From Candidatus Magasanikbacteria bacterium UBA922 (GTDB taxonomy: Bacteria > Patescibacteriota > Patescibacteriia > Magasanikbacterales > UBA922): DNA of 64,000 nt. Shown piece by piece: positions 13,645-22,799 of the stretch (position 1 is its first letter; every line of letters begins with the position of its first letter). Location of the stretch: NCBI GenBank assembly GCA_002293825.1, contig DBDW01000009.1, forward strand, positions 26,170-90,169, in the 5' to 3' direction. The position numbers were made by a program, and so were the translations under genes. Below the pieces are notes generated by a model. The model was not told the origin of the DNA. It did no database searches and saw nothing but the letters and a program-made list of their open reading frames with translations.

Positions 13645-13673
13645 ATAGTACATTCTTTTTTTGGTGATGTCAA
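13645..13673 (-). promoter_or_regulatory. Strong sigma70 promoter upstream of the 23S-5S unit
   Basis: TTGACA-17 bp-TACTAT. Confidence 0.88.
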
Positions 13674-13676
13674 GCG

Positions 13677-13955
13677 TTATTGATGTGGATAAAAACGTAC
13701 GGTCGTAGCACCCCCATGCGAATCAAGAAAAAATGCCTCAATCAACGGATTTTCTGCTAATTCTACGTGGACAATCTCTCTCAATTTTCCACTTCCGACC
13801 CCATGTATAATTCGACAGAATGAAAACTTATTCACATGCATTGTGTACAATTCATGCTGCATCGTTTCAATAGCATCGTCAGGTCTCAAATTATGCAAAT
13901 CAATAACCGGAATATTGGTTAGGTTTTCAAGTAATGATGTATCAATGCGGGACAT
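13677..13955 (-). CDS. Smr-domain protein
   Basis: IDLHNL, RIIHGVGSGKLR, GGATTV. Confidence 0.9.
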   Translation of the reverse strand: MSRIDTSLLENLTNIPVIDLHNLRPDDAIETMQHELYTMHVNKFSFCRIIHGVGSGKLREIVHVELAENPLIEAFFLDSHGGATTVRFYPHQ

Positions 13956-14212
13956 GTTAAAAAACCAAAAGGTAAAAAATAAAAAGCAAAAAGATAATTC
14001 GGGTCTTTATTTTTTATTCTTCAATCTTTTGCCTTTTTATATTAATTCAATGTCTGCTGAAAACCATTATAACATGATTTGCATGAGACATCCGGTTCCC
14101 GCGCACTGCAACAATGCTTTGCACGGGTCCCGTTTGACTCCTTGATAAACTACTCGAAGTAGCGTGAGTGCCGACTCGTGTGTTTATCCCTGAAAAGAAC
14201 TAGCGACCAACA

Positions 14213-15004
14213 TCAGGGTTGATAGAAATGTCGAGGTTCCCACCCCGAGATCACATTCTTCTGGCGAGGATTGAAAATCCCACCAAAGATGTTCTCATCC
14301 TTTCGAACCACATCATTCACGCCCTTGACCTCGATAAGCTGGGTATCCAAGCGCAGGAGGCTCGTCGTGGTTCTCGTACAGTTACGCACGACCTTGATGT
14401 CGAAGCCCTGGTCCTTCTTTGACTCGAGCGCAATCACCTCTTCGTCACTGAGGACGACAGAAATTTTTGCACTCTTCTCGCTGATGCGTTCGACGGCAGC
14501 GTCCCAACACCACTCCGAATTGTCCGTATTACAAAGGCGAATGTCACGCAGTCGATACGTGCGAGTCATATCACCATCAAAGAGACGGCGCTCAGCATCT
14601 TCGTTACCCATAATCTTAGGAATCTCGAACAGGAAATTGAATCCCGTCAAGGTGAGAGTGCCCGAACCACAGTTGGTAATGCGAACTCGGTACACAAGCC
14701 CTTCTTCTCCGCAGGTAAGCGGACCTCGATGTTGTATCTCTGGCACAGCCACAAAGTCCTTGGTGAGGCAAGCCTCATCCTTGGAACCAGTGACCGTCTC
14801 GAGAGCCATCTCAGACACATTGATCTCGCCAAAGATATATTCCTTCGACTTGACCCCTCCCTCCTCAGGAAGGGACGGGAACGACTCGATCGTCGAAATG
14901 AACGACCGATGAGAATGCTCGGGAGGCGATGGATCTTCACACCCTGAGTACTGAACACCCGTGAGGATGAAGACGAGACAGCAGATAATCTGTGACGGAA
15001 ACAT
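14213..15004 (-). CDS. Orphan, probably exported or lipoprotein, hypothetical protein
   Basis: ATG 15004 preceded by AGGAG; hydrophobic N-terminus then YSGC; own TTGACA-17-TATACT promoter near 15078-15105. Confidence 0.7.
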   Translation of the reverse strand: MFPSQIICCLVFILTGVQYSGCEDPSPPEHSHRSFISTIESFPSLPEEGGVKSKEYIFGEINVSEMALETVTGSKDEACLTKDFVAVPEIQHRGPLTCGEEGLVYRVRITNCGSGTLTLTGFNFLFEIPKIMGNEDAERRLFDGDMTRTYRLRDIRLCNTDNSEWCWDAAVERISEKSAKISVVLSDEEVIALESKKDQGFDIKVVRNCTRTTTSLLRLDTQLIEVKGVNDVVRKDENIFGGIFNPRQKNVISGWEPRHFYQP

Positions 15005-15156
15005 GTGTAGTGACTCCTGATGACAGGTTGTCGAAGAATCCAAAATACACGACATGTGTATCCTGAAAACCGCAATAGTATACTAAAAAAACACCTTTTT
15101 GTCAAGGTGAGGAATAGATAAAACAAACACAAAAAATGATTATGTGATACAAAAAA

Positions 15157-15411
15157 TCAACGTGATCGATGAGGACATCCTGCCCAACAACATGGACGAC
15201 GCATACCACCAAGAAGTTTCGAACGCCCAACTTCTATTCGTCGAGCTCTAGTCTCTGGTTTCTTTGCATCCTCGATCCAACAGATCCATTCATTGCGCGC
15301 CACAGGAGTAATATCTTCCCACAAAGCTAAAATATGCGAAGAAGAAAGCAGCATACGACGCAGGTCGGGAGGAACGGTATGTACTACACCATGAGAGACC
15401 TTTTTATTCAT
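15157..15411 (-). CDS. YdeI/OmpD-associated family protein
   Basis: VPPDL...WEDITPVARNEWICWIEDAKKPETRARRI...RRPCCWAGCPHR. Confidence 0.85.
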   Translation of the reverse strand: MNKKVSHGVVHTVPPDLRRMLLSSSHILALWEDITPVARNEWICWIEDAKKPETRARRIEVGRSKLLGGMRRPCCWAGCPHRSR

Positions 15412-16024
15412 ACGCAGGATCCTTTCGGGCCATGTGATGTTCGATCACATGCATAGCCATGTCTGCGACTAATTTCAAGATCAAAAACAAGGACAATACC
15501 CCACCAAAAAATCCAAAGATAAGCGTAAGGTGCATCGGAATAATGCGCGCATAGGGACGAGCCATCACCGAACCGATTTTTTGTATATGAGTTTCACGAT
15601 GACGATAAAAAAGATATGAGAAAAAATGTGTAATGAAAAAAAGACCTGCACTAAGCATGATATAACGAAGTTCAGCAATACCCGGCTTTTCTCCAAACGT
15701 ATCCGTCATAATAAACGCCAAATAAATCAGATGAAAAACTCCGTAATGGAACAAAAAGAAAAAAGCAGAAAAATACCGAGTGGTCGAAGTAGGTGCAGCA
15801 GGACGCCCATTGAACCCAAATCCTTCAGTAGAAAATTCTTTGAGTTGAAGTATTCGGATAAAATTGAAAAACCCAATAATAATGCTTTGAAACCAATAAA
15901 CCAACAATACAGTGACAGGATTCCAATCTTCAGTGAATGCGAAATAGATTGTGACAATATTTGAGATGAGAAGTAACCAAAAAGAAGGGTCGACTAGTTG
16001 ACTTTTCGTAAAATATATACGCAT
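15404..16024 (-). CDS. DUF6498-like membrane protein
   Basis: YWFQSIIIG, FFLFHYGVF, PYARIIPMHLTLI. Confidence 0.75.
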   Translation of the reverse strand: MRIYFTKSQLVDPSFWLLLISNIVTIYFAFTEDWNPVTVLLVYWFQSIIIGFFNFIRILQLKEFSTEGFGFNGRPAAPTSTTRYFSAFFFLFHYGVFHLIYLAFIMTDTFGEKPGIAELRYIMLSAGLFFITHFFSYLFYRHRETHIQKIGSVMARPYARIIPMHLTLIFGFFGGVLSLFLILKLVADMAMHVIEHHMARKDPAYE

Positions 16025-16052
16025 ACGTCACAAAAATTACACGAGATTTTAT

Positions 16053-16137
16053 TGGTGCCGCAGGAGAGACTCGAACTCTCACACCTTTCGGTACGTGCTC
16101 CTAAGGCACGCGTGTATACCAATTTCACCACTGCGGC
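16053..16137 (-). tRNA. tRNA-Leu(TAG), CCA encoded
   Basis: Cloverleaf GCCGCAG...CGTGC-CTTAGGA-GCACG, long variable arm, GTTCGA, CTGCGGC-A-CCA. Confidence 0.97.
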
Positions 16138-16172
16138 ATTATGCTATTTTCTCACATTACTTATATGAAAAC

Positions 16173-16270
16173 AAGAAAAAGGGTGGAGTGAGTCAATCTG
16201 CTTTGTGTATTGATAGTCGAACCCACTGACAACTACACCGCCACAGAAATAACCCACTCCGCATTCACCC
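16173..16270 (-). ncRNA. Candidate ~95-nt rod-shaped RNA ending in a U-tract
   Basis: GGAGUGGGUUA/UGACUCACUCC, UCUG/CAGA, GUGUA/UACAC stems; apical GGGUUCG. Confidence 0.45.
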
Positions 16271-16285
16271 TACAAAATAATAGAT

Positions 16286-16319
16286 AAAAAATCAACCCCA
16301 TCATATGACAGGGTTGATT
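16286..16319 (-). terminator. Terminator of pnp
   Basis: AAUCAACCC...GGGUUGAUUUUUU. Confidence 0.75.
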
Positions 16320-16332
16320 AACATCTGTTAGG

Positions 16333-18561
16333 TTACGGTCTTCGAGGGCCCCGAGCGTGTCCTCCACGGAATCCTCCGCGATCACCATTTCCTCTTCGAG
16401 GACCACGATCTTCACGAGGTGGCTGTTCCACGTATCCCTCAGGTTTCGGCAACAATGCCTTCATCGAGAGATTCACTCGTCCGAGATTATCAATTTCTTT
16501 TACAATCACTTTCACCGTGTCACCAAGCTTCAAGACTTCAGACGGCTTATTGGTACGTTCCCATGCGATTTCACTCACATGTACCAGGCCATCTTTTCCT
16601 GGAAGAATTTCCACAAACGCACCAAAATCTTCAAGTCGACTCACCGTTCCTTCATAAGTCTCACCTGCGGTAACCTCATGAGTAAGGTCTTCAATCATTT
16701 TTATAGCTTTATTCATTCCATCAGAATCACTTGAAGTTACCATTACTCGACCATCCTGTTCAATATCAATCTGCACTCCTGTCTCATCAATAATCTTGTT
16801 GATGACTTTTCCACCTGGACCAATCACTTCACGAATCTTATCAGGATTAATCGTAATTGTAGTGATGCGTGGTGCATGAGTCGAGAGTTCTGTGCGAGGA
16901 GTAGCAATTCGTGCACGCATCACGTCGAGAATTTGAATTCGCGCATCACGAGCTTGAGCAATAGTCTGGTCCACAATATCCCAAATCAAACCATTGGTTT
17001 TGGTATCCATCTGAATTGCAGTAATTCCATCCACCGTTCCTGCAATCTTGAAATCCATTCCACCTGGACCATCCTCGACATCTTGTAAATCAGTAAGTAC
17101 TTTCCATTCACCTCGCTCATTTGAAGCTAACCCCATTGCAATTCCTGCAACTGCCTTTGTGATTGGCACTCCAGCTGCCATAAGAGAAAGCGTTGAACCA
17201 CACGCAGAAGCCATTGAACTAGAACCATTTGATCCCATAACTTCAGAAACCACACGAATGGTATATGGAAAATCAGCCTGTGCCGGTAATACTGGCTCAA
17301 GCGCACGCTCCGCAAGAGCTCCGTGTCCAATAGCTCGGCGTCCAGGGCCACGAATCGGAGAAACCTCACCGTATGTATATGGCGCATCATTGTAGTGATG
17401 CATATATCGTTTCGTACCATCTTCTTCCATACTGTCGAGTGTCTGCACATCCCCAGGGGCTCCGAGCGTAACCACTGAAAGTACCTGTGTATCACCACGC
17501 ATAAACATAGCGGAACCGTGTACACGAGGAAGAAGATCGATATCAGTCTGAAGCTCTCGAATTTCAGTCATAGTCCGACCATCCAATCGCTTGCCTTTTT
17601 CGAGAATGCATTTCGTTACCTCTTCTGCAACATATGATTTTACCTGACTAAGCGCCTTTTTAATTACATCTTCTTCAAAACCACGTGAGAGTAAATGCTC
17701 TTTACCACCTGTTTTGAGCATATCCATAGCACCATATCGATCGGCTCGAGTAATTTTTGGAGTATTAAACACCACCTCGTGTACATGTGATGCGACATAG
17801 TCACGAAATGCCATTTTTGCTTTATCAGCATCACTTAATTCAGCCGAAGTTTTTGAAGCATCTTTTTCTAATCCAACTTCTTTTTGAATTTGTGCAATAA
17901 GATCAATCACAGGCTTGAGTTCACGACAGCCCCATTTCATAGCTTCAAGCATCGTTGCTTCAGGCACCTCATGTGCCGCAGCCTCGACCATAACCAATTT
18001 TTCAGGAGTGCCTGCTACTACCAAATCAAGTTTTGAACACACCTCCATCTGACTTGATGTAATATTCAAAATAAATTCCCCATTTTGATCAAGACCAATA
18101 CGTGCCCCTGCAATCGGACCATTCCATGGCACTGATGAAATCGACAATACCGCACTTGCAGCCACCAATCCCACAATAGACGCATCGTGCTCACCATCAA
18201 CAGCAAGTGTAGTAATCACTACCTGTACATCCGTGCGAGTCGCATCATTAAATAATGGTCGAATTGCTCGATCGATCAAACGCGCCGAAAGAATGGCGTC
18301 TTCGCTCGGTCTGCCTTCACGCTTGATAAAGCGTGACCCTTTAATTTTCCCTGCTGCATACAATTTTTCTTCGAAATCTACCATGAGTGGAAAATAATCA
18401 ATTCCATCACGTGGCTCAGTACTCTTCATCACACTTGCAAGCACCACTGTATCGCCGTATCGCACGGTACATGACGCAAGCGCCTGAAGCGCTAATCGTC
18501 CAGTCTCAACAGTAAGTGTTCTCCCACCCCATTCAATTGACCATTGTTTTGGTTGTAACAT
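16333..18561 (-). CDS. pnp: Polyribonucleotide nucleotidyltransferase
   Basis: Two RNase PH domains, SNGSSSMAS, DFKIAGT, KH (IGPGGK) and S1 domains. Confidence 0.98.
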   Translation of the reverse strand: MLQPKQWSIEWGGRTLTVETGRLALQALASCTVRYGDTVVLASVMKSTEPRDGIDYFPLMVDFEEKLYAAGKIKGSRFIKREGRPSEDAILSARLIDRAIRPLFNDATRTDVQVVITTLAVDGEHDASIVGLVAASAVLSISSVPWNGPIAGARIGLDQNGEFILNITSSQMEVCSKLDLVVAGTPEKLVMVEAAAHEVPEATMLEAMKWGCRELKPVIDLIAQIQKEVGLEKDASKTSAELSDADKAKMAFRDYVASHVHEVVFNTPKITRADRYGAMDMLKTGGKEHLLSRGFEEDVIKKALSQVKSYVAEEVTKCILEKGKRLDGRTMTEIRELQTDIDLLPRVHGSAMFMRGDTQVLSVVTLGAPGDVQTLDSMEEDGTKRYMHHYNDAPYTYGEVSPIRGPGRRAIGHGALAERALEPVLPAQADFPYTIRVVSEVMGSNGSSSMASACGSTLSLMAAGVPITKAVAGIAMGLASNERGEWKVLTDLQDVEDGPGGMDFKIAGTVDGITAIQMDTKTNGLIWDIVDQTIAQARDARIQILDVMRARIATPRTELSTHAPRITTITINPDKIREVIGPGGKVINKIIDETGVQIDIEQDGRVMVTSSDSDGMNKAIKMIEDLTHEVTAGETYEGTVSRLEDFGAFVEILPGKDGLVHVSEIAWERTNKPSEVLKLGDTVKVIVKEIDNLGRVNLSMKALLPKPEGYVEQPPREDRGPRRGNGDRGGFRGGHARGPRRP

Positions 18562-18589
18562 AGTCGCTATATATACTTAGCGAACGTAT

Positions 18590-18651
18590 GATCATAGAGC
18601 GATAGATCGGGTAAGTCTGATAGACTATACTGACCTAGATGTCCTATGACC
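18590..18651 (-). promoter_or_regulatory. Long imperfect hairpin in the pnp leader (possible RNase III/autoregulatory site)
   Basis: GGUCAUAG...UAGGUC...AGUCU-AUC-AGACU...GAUCUA...CUAUGAUC. Confidence 0.5.
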
Positions 18652-18738
18652 ATGCATTCATTGATAAAAATACACAACACACGGCACTCGATATTCTGCA
18701 AAAAATATCATGTCCCACATGTCGTCTATCGACGCATC

Positions 18739-19290
18739 TTACCTGCGTTTTTTTCGATAATCCGCAATCAAAAACAAATCTTTACGCTCACTCAAATCCA
18801 TAAAATCATCAACCTCATCACGCAAAAGCGAAGATGTAGTTTCGCCAAATGCCGCAACTTCGACCTGTTTACCCATACTGCGCAAATATTCAACCAATGG
18901 TAAATAGTCCCCATCTCCAGACACAATCACAATTGCATCCAAACTTTGAGACAAACGAATAGCATCAACCGCAAGCCCCACATCCCAATCAGCTTTCTTC
19001 ATACCACTATTAAAAATCTGCAAATCTTTCTCACGAGTTTCAATACCCAAATTGTACAGTGCTTCAAAAAACGGCTGCTCATCCTGAGTTTCAGTCCGTA
19101 CTACATACGCAATCGCACGAATAAGCTTTCGATTCCCTACGGCCTCTTTTACAATTGCACCAAAATTGACCTTGCGTTGAAACAAATTCTTTGCAGAATA
19201 ATACATATTCTGCACATCAATAAACACCCCAATACGTTGATCGGGGTGTTTCAGAGGATTATAGTTAGGTTGTTTCTTCTGATTCTTCAT
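18739..19290 (-). CDS. NYN-domain (LabA/DUF88) PIN-fold protein
   Basis: VFIDVQNMY, KADWDVGLAVDAI, VSGDGDYLPL, VDDFMDL. Confidence 0.92.
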   Translation of the reverse strand: MKNQKKQPNYNPLKHPDQRIGVFIDVQNMYYSAKNLFQRKVNFGAIVKEAVGNRKLIRAIAYVVRTETQDEQPFFEALYNLGIETREKDLQIFNSGMKKADWDVGLAVDAIRLSQSLDAIVIVSGDGDYLPLVEYLRSMGKQVEVAAFGETTSSLLRDEVDDFMDLSERKDLFLIADYRKKRR

Positions 19291-19612
19291 GTGAGTCGGT
19301 TTCTTCATCTTCGTCTTCAAGCTTATCAGCTTCAATAAACTGTTTTGCTTGTTTGAGATCAAGTTTCTTCACCAAGTCTTCATATGAAGCAGCGTTTTCA
19401 CGTTGCAAATATTTGAGTAATCGTCGACGTTCTCCTACTTTACGGAGAAGACCTCGGCGACTTGAGTGATCTTTTGGATGACTCTTCAGATGAGATGCAA
19501 GTTCTTCGATTTCCGCAGTCAGAATTGCAATCTGTACTTCGGTAGAACCAGTATCTCCCTCATGGGTCTGAAACTTCTTAATTAAACGTTGTTTTTTCTG
19601 CTTACTCAGCAT
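19265..19612 (-). CDS. rpsO: 30S ribosomal protein S15 with acidic C-terminal extension
   Basis: DTGSTEVQIAILT, HPKDHSSRRGLL. Confidence 0.97.
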   Translation of the reverse strand: MLSKQKKQRLIKKFQTHEGDTGSTEVQIAILTAEIEELASHLKSHPKDHSSRRGLLRKVGERRRLLKYLQRENAASYEDLVKKLDLKQAKQFIEADKLEDEDEETDSHEESEETT

Positions 19613-19803
19613 AGCATGCATTCATTATCGGGCCAGGCAAAAGGCATGTCTTGTGCGGTCCGTTCCGAAGCATTGTATTCACGCTCGGATAAATAATATA
19701 TAGAGAGTGTACCACAAAAAGGCCATATAGTCAAGACGAGGTTTGATATAAAAAACGAACACCGGATACCTGCCCACAGCACAGTATCCGGTAAAAGCAC
19801 TGA

Positions 19804-20547
19804 TCAGATGCCTGCAGTAGCCACAGCGTAAAACGCCACCGACCCTACACATGGCACCAAAAAATTATCATCGACGATCTTCGAGAAAAGATCACCGCCT
19901 TTCTCACACATCGACTCGAAAAACGCCGTACATGCTGCGGTTATAAGCACCGCAATCACGAGACGCACCGTCGAGAAATATGTAGGATACAACGGAAAAG
20001 CATCCTGCAGAGCCACACTCAGAAGCCCTGAAAAAGATGCCGCATAGAAGTATCCAGCCAACCCTGCCCACGTCTTCGTTCCCTGTTTCCAGACTCGACG
20101 GACACCGAATTTGATTCCAGACAGACGCGCAGCCGGATCACCAAATCCGAACATCACGACCGCAGGTACCACCGCCCAGATCGGAATTCCAATCATGAGC
20201 GGAATCATAACACCGAGTGTGAAATGCGCAGCCGTTGCAGGCATACCACGTTCGTGCATCCTGAGAATCTTGGTACGGAGCAGTAGCCGATCTTCGAGTA
20301 GTAGAAATAGTTTCTTCAACTTCGAAGATCGAGGTTCCCATTCACGTCGATGTACGAGCCAGTAATACAGTGGCAGTCGAACACCGAGATCGAGAGTAGA
20401 CAGCGTGACACCGACCACGAGTGCGACATGCACTTTTTCCGACTCACTGAACGGGAGCATCTGCCCGCAGATCAGCGCGAGAAGACCGATCGAAGCGTGT
20501 ACGACAGCACGTCCCCACTCAACTCCAATGTTGTAAACAGCTTCCAC
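19804..20547 (-). CDS. Divergent dolichol/phytol kinase-like (CTP-dependent) membrane protein
   Basis: RAVVHAS, GFGDPAARLSG, KTWAG, DDNFLVP; GTG start with GGAGG. Confidence 0.75.
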   Translation of the reverse strand: MEAVYNIGVEWGRAVVHASIGLLALICGQMLPFSESEKVHVALVVGVTLSTLDLGVRLPLYYWLVHRREWEPRSSKLKKLFLLLEDRLLLRTKILRMHERGMPATAAHFTLGVMIPLMIGIPIWAVVPAVVMFGFGDPAARLSGIKFGVRRVWKQGTKTWAGLAGYFYAASFSGLLSVALQDAFPLYPTYFSTVRLVIAVLITAACTAFFESMCEKGGDLFSKIVDDNFLVPCVGSVAFYAVATAGI

Positions 20548-20642
20548 GAGACCCTCCGATAGCAGAAGTTACACATTCTTGTAACATTTTTAACACAAAA
20601 AAGCAAGGTTTCCCTTGCTTTTAATGATACTAGAAAGTATTA

Positions 20643-21293
20643 CTACGCTCCAAGTTGCTCTTGTACTTCGGACACAAAATCCGTTTGCTTCTTTTCAATA
20701 CCCTCACCTACTTCAAATCGTACAAAACGTCGGAGACTTATTTTTTCACCAATTTCTCCAGTAGCAGCAGTAAGTAATTGTTCAATTGTTTTATCCTCAT
20801 CTTTGATGAATGCTTGTTCAAGTAAACACACTTCAGAATAATATCGTCCCATTTTACCCACCAAAATCTTTTCAATCATCTCAGCAGGCTTTCCTTCAGC
20901 TACCAACTGTTCTCGATACACCGCTGATTCACGATCCAGATCTTCTGAAGAAACTTCTTCACGAGAAAGATATTTCGGATTCATTGCAGCCACATGCATA
21001 GCAATATCCTGACCTAGTTGCAAAAATTTTTCATTCTTTGCCACAAAATCAGTTTCTGAATTAAGCTCAAGCATGACACCTACTTTTCCTGCTCCATGTA
21101 CATAGGTAAAAACTTTTCCTTCAGCAGCCACCTTGTCAGCACGCTTAGCAGCCTTAGCAGCACCTTTTTTTCGAAGCCAATCAATCGCAGCTTCCATGTT
21201 TCCATTTGATTCTTCGAGTGCTTTTTTGCAATCGAGCATTCCAGCACCCGTCTGTGCACGAAGTTTTGCAATATCACTAGCAGTAATAGCCAT
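20643..21293 (-). CDS. tsf: Elongation factor Ts (short form)
   Basis: LRAQTGAGMLDCKKAL, ELNSETDFVA. Confidence 0.98.
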   Translation of the reverse strand: MAITASDIAKLRAQTGAGMLDCKKALEESNGNMEAAIDWLRKKGAAKAAKRADKVAAEGKVFTYVHGAGKVGVMLELNSETDFVAKNEKFLQLGQDIAMHVAAMNPKYLSREEVSSEDLDRESAVYREQLVAEGKPAEMIEKILVGKMGRYYSEVCLLEQAFIKDEDKTIEQLLTAATGEIGEKISLRRFVRFEVGEGIEKKQTDFVSEVQEQLGA

Positions 21294-21357
21294 AGAAAAA
21301 AGTAATTAAGAAGAATGAAACGGTAGTATACACCACCGAGATAACTCTAGAAAAGAG

Positions 21358-22119
21358 TTATGCTTGTACCGTGCTCTCAGGACTCTTTGATACCACTTTT
21401 GGCTGTGCTGCGATTTTTGCAGCATTCTTCTGCTCAAATTCTTGTACACCTTCTTTGATTGCAGCTGCAACCAATTCGACCATAAGCTGGATAGATTTTA
21501 CAGCATCATCATTTGCAGGAATTACATGCGTAGCTTTCATCGGATTTGCATTGGTGTCACAGATACCAATAATATCGATTCCTGTACTGTTTGCTTCGGT
21601 TACTGCTGTTTTTTCACGCTGCATCGAAGGAATAAACAATGCATCAGGCATACGAGTAAGACTCGTGAGACCACCGAGATACCCATCCTTCTTTTCAAGA
21701 TCTTTTGCAATTTCAAGCTGTTCTTTCTTGGTATAATGTCCCAACTCACCTTTCGCCTGCTTTTCTTTCATCTCTACATAATGACGAATAAGTTTTCTCA
21801 TTTCAGAGAAATTGGTAAGCATACCACCAAGCCATCGATCTGTAAGATATGGCATTCCACAATCAATTGCAGCAGCTTTAACGATTTCTCGAGCCTGTGG
21901 TTTGGTAGATACAAACAAAATCTTCTTTCCATCAGCAGCCATTGCCTTGACTACAGGCAACACACGCTCAAGCTGAGCCTTGGTTTCTTCAAGGTTCATA
22001 ATATGCACGCCATTGCGCTCAGTAAAGATGAATGGCTTCATCTTCGGATGCCAACGTGAGTTCTTGTGTCCGAAGTGAACTCCGGACTGAAGCATTTCAA
22101 GAATGCTAGGGATTTTCAT
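21358..22119 (-). CDS. rpsB: 30S ribosomal protein S2
   Basis: GVHFGHKNSRWHPKM, RWLGGMLTNF, IPANDD. Confidence 0.98.
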   Translation of the reverse strand: MKIPSILEMLQSGVHFGHKNSRWHPKMKPFIFTERNGVHIMNLEETKAQLERVLPVVKAMAADGKKILFVSTKPQAREIVKAAAIDCGMPYLTDRWLGGMLTNFSEMRKLIRHYVEMKEKQAKGELGHYTKKEQLEIAKDLEKKDGYLGGLTSLTRMPDALFIPSMQREKTAVTEANSTGIDIIGICDTNANPMKATHVIPANDDAVKSIQLMVELVAAAIKEGVQEFEQKNAAKIAAQPKVVSKSPESTVQA

Positions 22120-22134
22120 AACATTTTCCTTTAA

Positions 22135-22192
22135 CCTCGCTCGAAACGCCCGGTAGAAGGGTCTACCAGAGGAAAATATGTCTCGGCTGAGG
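22135..22192 (-). promoter_or_regulatory. Structured rpsB leader (candidate S2 autoregulatory RNA)
   Basis: CCUC..CGAGAC..CUGGUAGA-CCCU-UCUACCGG..GUUUCG..GAGG nested stems. Confidence 0.5.
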
Positions 22193-22345
22193 GATTAATA
22201 AAAGTGTGGGGAGTGTAATGAAAAAAACAATTTTTGTCAAGAAAGCGAATCAATTTACCAATCCTTGACAAATACGAACCTGCCTGCTATACTCCCGCTC
22301 ACTAGTTTATCCTAAGCGTAGCAAAGGATCTCAACCTAAATCACT

Positions 22346-22684
22346 ATGAAACAGAAAACACATCCAGAAGTGCATCCAGTCGTCTTCATCGATAACTCAG
22401 CAAACGCGGAATTTATCACCACTTCAACCCTCAAATCGGAAAAAACCCGAGAAATTGACGGTGTAAAGCATTACGAAATCAATATCGAAATTTCTTCAGC
22501 ATCTCATCCATTCTTCACAGGTAAACAAGTGTTCGTAGACACTGCTCGACGTGTGGAAAAGTTCAATGAAAAGAAAGCAAAAACAGTAGCAGCAGCTGAA
22601 TCACGCAAAGGAAAAAAAGTAAAGCGAACAGCGCGAGCCACTGCACGACAAGCAAAAGAAGACGCAAAACCAAACGCGGCGTAG
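22346..22684 (+). CDS. rpmE: 50S ribosomal protein L31, Cys-free type B
   Basis: HPEVHPVVFID, EISSASHPFFTG, RVEKF; no CxxC. Confidence 0.95.
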   Translation: MKQKTHPEVHPVVFIDNSANAEFITTSTLKSEKTREIDGVKHYEINIEISSASHPFFTGKQVFVDTARRVEKFNEKKAKTVAAAESRKGKKVKRTARATARQAKEDAKPNAA

Positions 22685-22799
22685 ATACATACATTTTAAA
22701 AACAGACCTTTTCTTCGGTCTGTTTTTGTTTAGCATATGACGGTATACTCTTTCTATAAACTACCGACTTTCTCGCTACTGGCTATGAACTAATCTGTT

